From assembly GCF_032062105.1 (NCBI RefSeq), contig NW_026932975.1:310001-374000 (forward strand): a stretch of 64,000 nt of DNA, written 5' to 3'. Each line of letters opens with the position of its first letter. Within the stretch, counting starts at the first letter, position 1. Positions 58,455 through 64,000 of the stretch are shown here, one piece after another. The notes beneath the pieces were generated by a model. It was not told the DNA's origin. It saw only the letters and a program-made list of their open reading frames with translations, and made no database searches. The DNA is from Saccostrea cucullata. Lineage: Eukaryota. The position numbers were made by a program, and so were the translations under genes.

Positions 58455-59600
58455 TTACTTATCATACATATTCCACAGTTCTTTAACCAAATCACTTATA
58501 AACACTCCTCCTGTATTCCGCTCGATCATCCACAAAGCAAATATTCCGTCCAGACGAAGTTCCTTCTGAATAAAACTTTGGATGTGTTTATCATTTCTTG
58601 GATCTTTATTGTTCCCTTCACAATTTACTAGAAATTTTTTTATGTAGGCAATCCTGTTTCGAGGTATCGCGAGGCGCCATATCCAAATCAAAAGACTTGT
58701 GCAAGTCAGAAAGGAGACCACTCCAAAAAGGAACCACAGGAACACAAAGATTTTCTCGTTGTACATATTCAGAGGTAGTACACATTGTACGGTCCAACGC
58801 AGCAAGTTCTGAAGTTGGCGTATGTGTACATCACACATTGTTACTCTTGGAAAACGCGCCAAACCCACAGTGCTATTTCCAACGGTATCATCAAAAATAT
58901 CTAAGCCATATTGAAGGTAAAAATCGTGTCCCAAAAATTCGTCCAAAAGGAAAAATTGGCCGATTACATTTGCACAGTACAGGCATTTCTTTACGATGTA
59001 AAGACTTGCCAGATAATATCCTGACCGTTTTGACGTCAAGCTCTTTAGGAACATCGGACTTTTATTCGAAGGAATGCGTATTCTCCCCCATCTTTGAAAG
59101 GCAGCTGCTATATTTTTTACGGTTTTGTTACGTTCGTCCCAGGTCATGGTTTGGGTATTAGCAGCCATTTGAGAAAGCATATCCAAGTGAATTCCAGAAC
59201 CTTTGTGCAATAGCCTCCATAGAATGCTAGGCATCTTAAAAAGAAGGGCCATGATGATTAGCATAATAGGTACCCACTGGTAATACACAATCTCATTTTT
59301 CCGAGCTTCTTCTGTGATCGGGAGGCTCAAAGGTGTGTAATACGTGTTCCGAATCCAGCAGAAATTGTTCACGTATTCAACATACGTGTTAGTGAATTCC
59401 GCCGGACACCAGCATTGGATCGGGGGGCCTGTGAAAAGGTGCTCTGCCCCTGTAAATACTGCGAAAGTAATAAGAAAGAAGGGAACGATAACGTTGTTAG
59501 TTCGATCTATCCAATCATCATGCCCATGGCCAAATAAACGGACTCTTATTGCATTTTCTTTGAATCCAATTTTAAGTTTATATTCTATCTTTTTATCCAT
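58455..59600 (-). CDS. inx: Innexin (unc-9-like), 381 aa, close paralogue of 53743-54897
   Basis: Same signature motifs (YYQWVP, FPRVTMCD, QCVLPLN); uninterrupted ORF. Confidence 0.95.
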   Translation of the reverse strand: MDKKIEYKLKIGFKENAIRVRLFGHGHDDWIDRTNNVIVPFFLITFAVFTGAEHLFTGPPIQCWCPAEFTNTYVEYVNNFCWIRNTYYTPLSLPITEEARKNEIVYYQWVPIMLIIMALLFKMPSILWRLLHKGSGIHLDMLSQMAANTQTMTWDERNKTVKNIAAAFQRWGRIRIPSNKSPMFLKSLTSKRSGYYLASLYIVKKCLYCANVIGQFFLLDEFLGHDFYLQYGLDIFDDTVGNSTVGLARFPRVTMCDVHIRQLQNLLRWTVQCVLPLNMYNEKIFVFLWFLFGVVSFLTCTSLLIWIWRLAIPRNRIAYIKKFLVNCEGNNKDPRNDKHIQSFIQKELRLDGIFALWMIERNTGGVFISDLVKELWNMYDK

Positions 59601-59929
59601 ATTTTGCTATCCACTTCTAAAGAAGTAAGTAACCGACACGGTTTTCCAGCGTATTTATTTTTTTAAAAATAGCTGATATAATATTGATTACGTTATCTAA
59701 CGGATACTTTGGACCCTTTTCTCTTTAATCTTACAAGGTATCTTTTGCACCTTGATTTCTGTTGTTTTGCAACATTACAATTCAGTCCTGATTTCATTAA
59801 GAACACTTAATGAATATAATTCGTGGGCCATAGAATATTTGTTATTTTAAATTTATTATTGTTGTTGTTTTTGTTTTGGTAAAATAATGTTACAAAAACA
59901 TTCTTAAAAGATGCCTGACTTTTATTGTC

Positions 59930-60560
59930 AATATCTGTGTAGTTTTTGGAGATCAGGTCTTCCCACAATCTCTGAATTCACATGGGTACCAATTGCGCCC
60001 CTTTATAAGAAGACCTAATTTTTAAATCATAGTTAGCAAAATTTAGCAAAATTTATAGAAATTCGCATACATGAGAACACACAAACAATTGTTGTGGCCA
60101 GCAGTTCGACATTTAGATAGATCAAAGGCGTATTTATTTATCATTTAGTTACTTCTATTTGTTAAACGATTCGATAAAACCCAGTGAACTTAGAATAAAA
60201 GATACACAAAGTCTGTTTTATATTTAACAACAAAAGTTAATTATAAACCTGATGATTTAAACTTTTCTGTCGTCAACTTCTTTCGTAGCTTACTTATGTA
60301 GCAATAAACCCTTATCACCTGCATAAAGGCTTTATGTCTCCCAGCTGATTTGAAACTCAAGAGCTTGCTCAACATACGAACAATTTGCTAATAAGTTAAT
60401 GATACAAGAATATCAACTGTCTCCTTTAAAGTACCTATTATTAAGTAGAATACTGACTGACGTTTTTCATACTAATTGTTAGCCCTCTCCTCTATGACAC
60501 CCGATTGCACCTATGATGTTTCTGGAGGTCCATGTTTACTCTGCTTCAAATTTGCGGTGG
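59930..60560 (+). mobile_element. Degenerate Penelope-like reverse transcriptase fragment
   Basis: Reads IHMGTNCAPL (RT motif B-like GIPMGTNCAP), STFR*IKGV (FRYIDDV-like) and DDLNFSVVNF, with many stops. Confidence 0.65.
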
Positions 60561-60819
60561 ATTTGGTAAACATGCGTCTTGACAATTTATCCAAGAGGAA
60601 ATATTATTAGCTAAACCTTAAATAGATCAAAATAATACAGAATGTTAACGTTTTGAGTTTAATATCAGTTTCATTTGTACAACCGATTTTAGTGAAAGAA
60701 AATAAGTGGGGAAAGTTATAATGCTGATGTAAATGGATGTTAAAGATCAGATATCATAAAATGGAACAAAACAGTTAAGTCTCAGAAACAAGCAATGATA
60801 CAGTGAAATAAATATGGAG

Positions 60820-61125
60820 ATAACGAAATGATGACTTTAAACGATACAGCTGAAATTCTTGTTTCATCAACTTTTTTGTCAATACTTTACCTTGTTTTAA
60901 AAATTGTTCATACGTAGAGCATGCTCTTGCGTATCGAATCAACTGAGATATATAAACTCCGTATGCATGTGATGAAGGTATACATTGTATTGCTGCATAC
61001 GTGAGGGAAGTTGACGATAGAAAAGTTAAAGTCATCACGTTTATTGTAGAGTTCGGTTGTTAGATTACCATTAACGTCTTTTTTCAAGTAAAATATCCAA
61101 ATATGAAACAGATGTTTCAGATTCT
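60820..61125 (-). mobile_element. Penelope-like RT C-terminal fragment (frameshifted)
   Basis: LYNKRDDFNFSIVNFP and IPSSHAYGVYISQLIRYARACSTYEQFL lie in two overlapping frames. Confidence 0.75.
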
Positions 61126-62376
61126 GTGTTATTATCATCGTATTTACAATAGCCTGGGAATTGTGCATTTAAATCAGCTTCTGTTTATTATTTAGGAAAA
61201 GTATAGTGAACGCAATTCTCAAAAGACTTTATTATCAATGCATAAAAATTCTGTATTTTGTGTACATGTGTATACAGTGTTATTGGGTTTCCGCTCTATT
61301 TAACTTCGTATTTAATACGGATGCATGCGTTCGGTTTAAACAACTTTTATATCTTTTTTCCCTTTTCACCGACTTCTAATGTTGTTTGGTCTCTTTTCTT
61401 ATAACCATTTTTACTTTTACATACTAACTTGATAAAATAGTTAAATGGAAAATCTGCATAAGTAATATGTAAGGCTCAATCTTCTCGTTGTATTCATTAC
61501 GAGGATAAAGATTTTACCTACTGACAACGCGTATGAATAGAATACATTAAGAATATTATAGCTTTTTGGTGTAGAATTTCACAACATCTTTTGTAATAAG
61601 AAAAAAACGGAGAATGACAAGGTTGAAAAAGCAGGGATGCAAAGTTAAAAATAAGATAAGAAAACGAATATTTTATGATGTAATTATTCTAACTTTAATT
61701 AATTTATTTAAAAAATATATAATTGCAGTGGTTTGAATATCATGTAAATAGATAATGAAAAATACCAATACTTTACAAGTTTCACTGAAAGCTAAAATAA
61801 TCATCAGGAAACCATTTTATGCAAAATATGAACTGCTGACATTGGCCTTTGAACTTATGACCACGTACAGAGTTCATTCCAAAATCTGAATGAAAATTAG
61901 ATGCATTGTTAAATTAAAGTATTAAAGAGTTAGACACCATGTAGGAAATTAACATGCGGCCCAAGTCGATGGCCTCTGATGTTTTTACTAAAAAGGTCCT
62001 TTGTAAGTCACACAGAGTTTTTCATGCATTACAAAATATCAGAAAAAAGTAAATGCAAAATCCAAAGACCTTTCAGAGTTCTCATCCGGAAAGTAAAGAT
62101 CGAATTAGGGACAGACAAAGTCATATTAATATCCCCATCTTTTAAGAAAGTGGGATAAAAAATAAGGTGATACAAAACAAATTACAGAAGGGAAGAAAAG
62201 TTCATTGAAATTTTATACAATTGAGATTGATAAAGATTTTTACCAAACAAAACTTAAAAAGACATACATGTACCAGTAAATTAAAATATGTATGTAGAGA
62301 TTAAAACAAATATTTCATAGATCTATTGTATAAAAGCTTTGTAATTATATATTTAAATGCATTTATGAAAAATGCG

Positions 62377-63624
62377 TCAACTTTTACTGTTTACAAAATG
62401 TTCCCATAATTTTTGGACAAGATCAGTCGCAAAAACATCACTGGTATTTCGCTGCACCATACGAAGCACAAACGCACCATCTTGGCGCAAAAAATCTGAC
62501 ACAAATTCGTGAAGCTTTTTCTTGTCTATTTCATGATTTTTACCTTTGTTTTTGGGATGGATTTTGAGCATTTTTTCAATGAACACTCTTTTATTTATCG
62601 GGAAAAATACTCGCCACATCCAGAGAAGCAAACTGGCAAATGTCACTACGGCAACAAAAGCGTACCAGTACCAAAGGAAAAAGAAAATGGCCTCATAGAA
62701 CATATTTAATGGAAGCACACACTGCACAGTCCAGTCCTGTACATTTGACATTTGTCTTATTTTAAAGTCACACATTGTGACACGTGGAAATTGTAACAAT
62801 CCCAACTGATTGATTTCCGAAGGGGGTCGCTGGAAGAAATCTATACCCAGCGTTAAGTAGAAATTTTGTCCCAGAATGACGTCAAGTAAGAAAAACTGTC
62901 CTATCACGTTTATGCAGTAAATGCATTTAATGATCATGTAAAGCGCCGTGAGATAGTTCCCACTTCTATTATCACAATTCAAGTTCCTTATTTTTGAAAA
63001 AAATCTTCTCCAATTCTTGTCATGATTGTGATACAAATGAAGCCAGCGGTGAAGATAAGACGCAAGGTTTTCAATAGTTTCTTGGCGTTTCTTCCACGTC
63101 ATTTCCTGTGAGTCCGCGGCCTTTCGTCCTATGTTTCCAACGTTAACACCGGAGTATACGTTAGTCAATCGCCAAAGTATATTTGGTAGCTTAAACATAA
63201 GCGCCATCAAGAACAGTATAATAGGTCCCCACTGGTAATATTTTATAACAAAACGTCTTCGTATTACGTCATCCTGTGATAACGCCTCTGAAGAAGGAAC
63301 ATAATACGTGTTTGAAATCCAGCAGTGGTATTGAACGTATTCCACATGAGTATCCGTAAACTCCGCTGGACACCAACAATCGATTGGGGGTGTTGACGTG
63401 ATGTATTGCACGAAAGTCGTGTAGGCTACACATGCTAAGATGAAAAACATCGTCACGACGTAGTTCAGACGATCCGCCCAATCGTCGTCCTTATTTCCGA
63501 ACAAGTCGACGGAGAAAATGAATGTCTCTTCCACCTCGACTCCATACTCCTTTTTTGTTGTCTTTGCACCGAACGTATAGCGAGATCCGCGAGAAGAAAC
63601 GTTCACTTCGTCATCCCCTTCCAT
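62377..63624 (-). CDS. inx: Innexin (unc-9-like), about 415 aa, divergent paralogue
   Basis: First ATG at 63624 (MEGDDEV); the ORF-track start at 63669 is a TTG. Motifs DDDWADRLN, CWCPAEF, YYQWGP, FPRVTMCDFKIRQ, QCVLPLN, FLRQDGAF. Confidence 0.94.
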   Translation of the reverse strand: MEGDDEVNVSSRGSRYTFGAKTTKKEYGVEVEETFIFSVDLFGNKDDDWADRLNYVVTMFFILACVAYTTFVQYITSTPPIDCWCPAEFTDTHVEYVQYHCWISNTYYVPSSEALSQDDVIRRRFVIKYYQWGPIILFLMALMFKLPNILWRLTNVYSGVNVGNIGRKAADSQEMTWKKRQETIENLASYLHRWLHLYHNHDKNWRRFFSKIRNLNCDNRSGNYLTALYMIIKCIYCINVIGQFFLLDVILGQNFYLTLGIDFFQRPPSEINQLGLLQFPRVTMCDFKIRQMSNVQDWTVQCVLPLNMFYEAIFFFLWYWYAFVAVVTFASLLLWMWRVFFPINKRVFIEKMLKIHPKNKGKNHEIDKKKLHEFVSDFLRQDGAFVLRMVQRNTSDVFATDLVQKLWEHFVNSKS

Positions 63625-63829
63625 GTTACATTGTATGTCTATCTGGGGTATTTTATGACAATGGGACAAAAATAAACTGACTGGTTTTTTTCCTTTATTT
63701 CCATATTTCGTTTTTACTGTAGTCTTGGCTTTCCTTGAAAAGACAGGTAGTTTTGTGTCATCAACAGTGCATACAGATATTGTTTATTTCTTTGTGGTAT
63801 TTAGGCTAGACAGAAGAAATGACACAGGT

Positions 63830-64000
63830 CAGAAACAAGAAACGATAAAGTTCAGAAACAAGAAACGATACACCTCAGAAACAAAATACGATACTGCGAT
63901 ACACAGAAACAAGAAACGATAAAGTACAGAAACAAGAAGCGATACAACTTTCCCCTTAGAAACAAGAAATTATACAGCTCAGAAATAAAATACGATACTA
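63830..64000. repeat. About 23-bp minisatellite running off the window end
   Basis: At least 7 units of CAGAAACAAGAAACGATA plus about 5 variable nt. Confidence 0.85.

Noticed and set aside
58598-59628. 187- and 94-aa plus-strand ORFs
   Set aside because: Antisense shadows of the innexin coding sequence

Overview
AT-rich, intron-containing animal genomic DNA. It is most likely a bivalve (oyster-like); this is inferred from the Helentron/HINE-type repeats, the SINE and Penelope-like remnants, and the protein sequences. Gene models were built by hand from GT-AG sites and reading frames. In order: the 3' part of an ORP3/6/7-family oxysterol-binding protein gene (+, 6-9342, with one exon present twice); a 6-kb transposon/satellite block; Rab5 (-, 25143-20897); EFHB (+, 27425-30946), head-to-head with Rab5; a PP2D1-like PP2C-domain gene (-, 47546-38122) with two candidate first coding exons; and three tandem innexins with uninterrupted ORFs (-, 53743-63624) separated by Penelope-like retroelement debris. 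Introns and intergenic DNA carry many non-autonomous DNA transposons with 2-, 3-, 5- and 10-bp target-site duplications (TSDs). No rRNA, intact tRNA or CRISPR array is supported. Best leads: (1) Rab5-EFHB-PP2D1 linkage that, from recall, also exists at human 3p24.3; (2) a duplicated 64-nt exon that would create a stop if both copies were spliced in; (3) TACATGTA/TACTAGTA/TACCGGTA octamers that look like transposon excision scars, one visible as an insertion in one arm of a TIR pair; (4) an innexin cluster with an apparent gene-conversion tract and a retained extracellular N-glycosylation sequon in two of three copies; (5) an 89-bp inverted repeat in a Rab5 intron; (6) PP2D1 as a probable pseudophosphatase with a Zn-finger plus J-domain-like N-terminus. 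I cannot show from sequence alone that any of these is a wholly new system.
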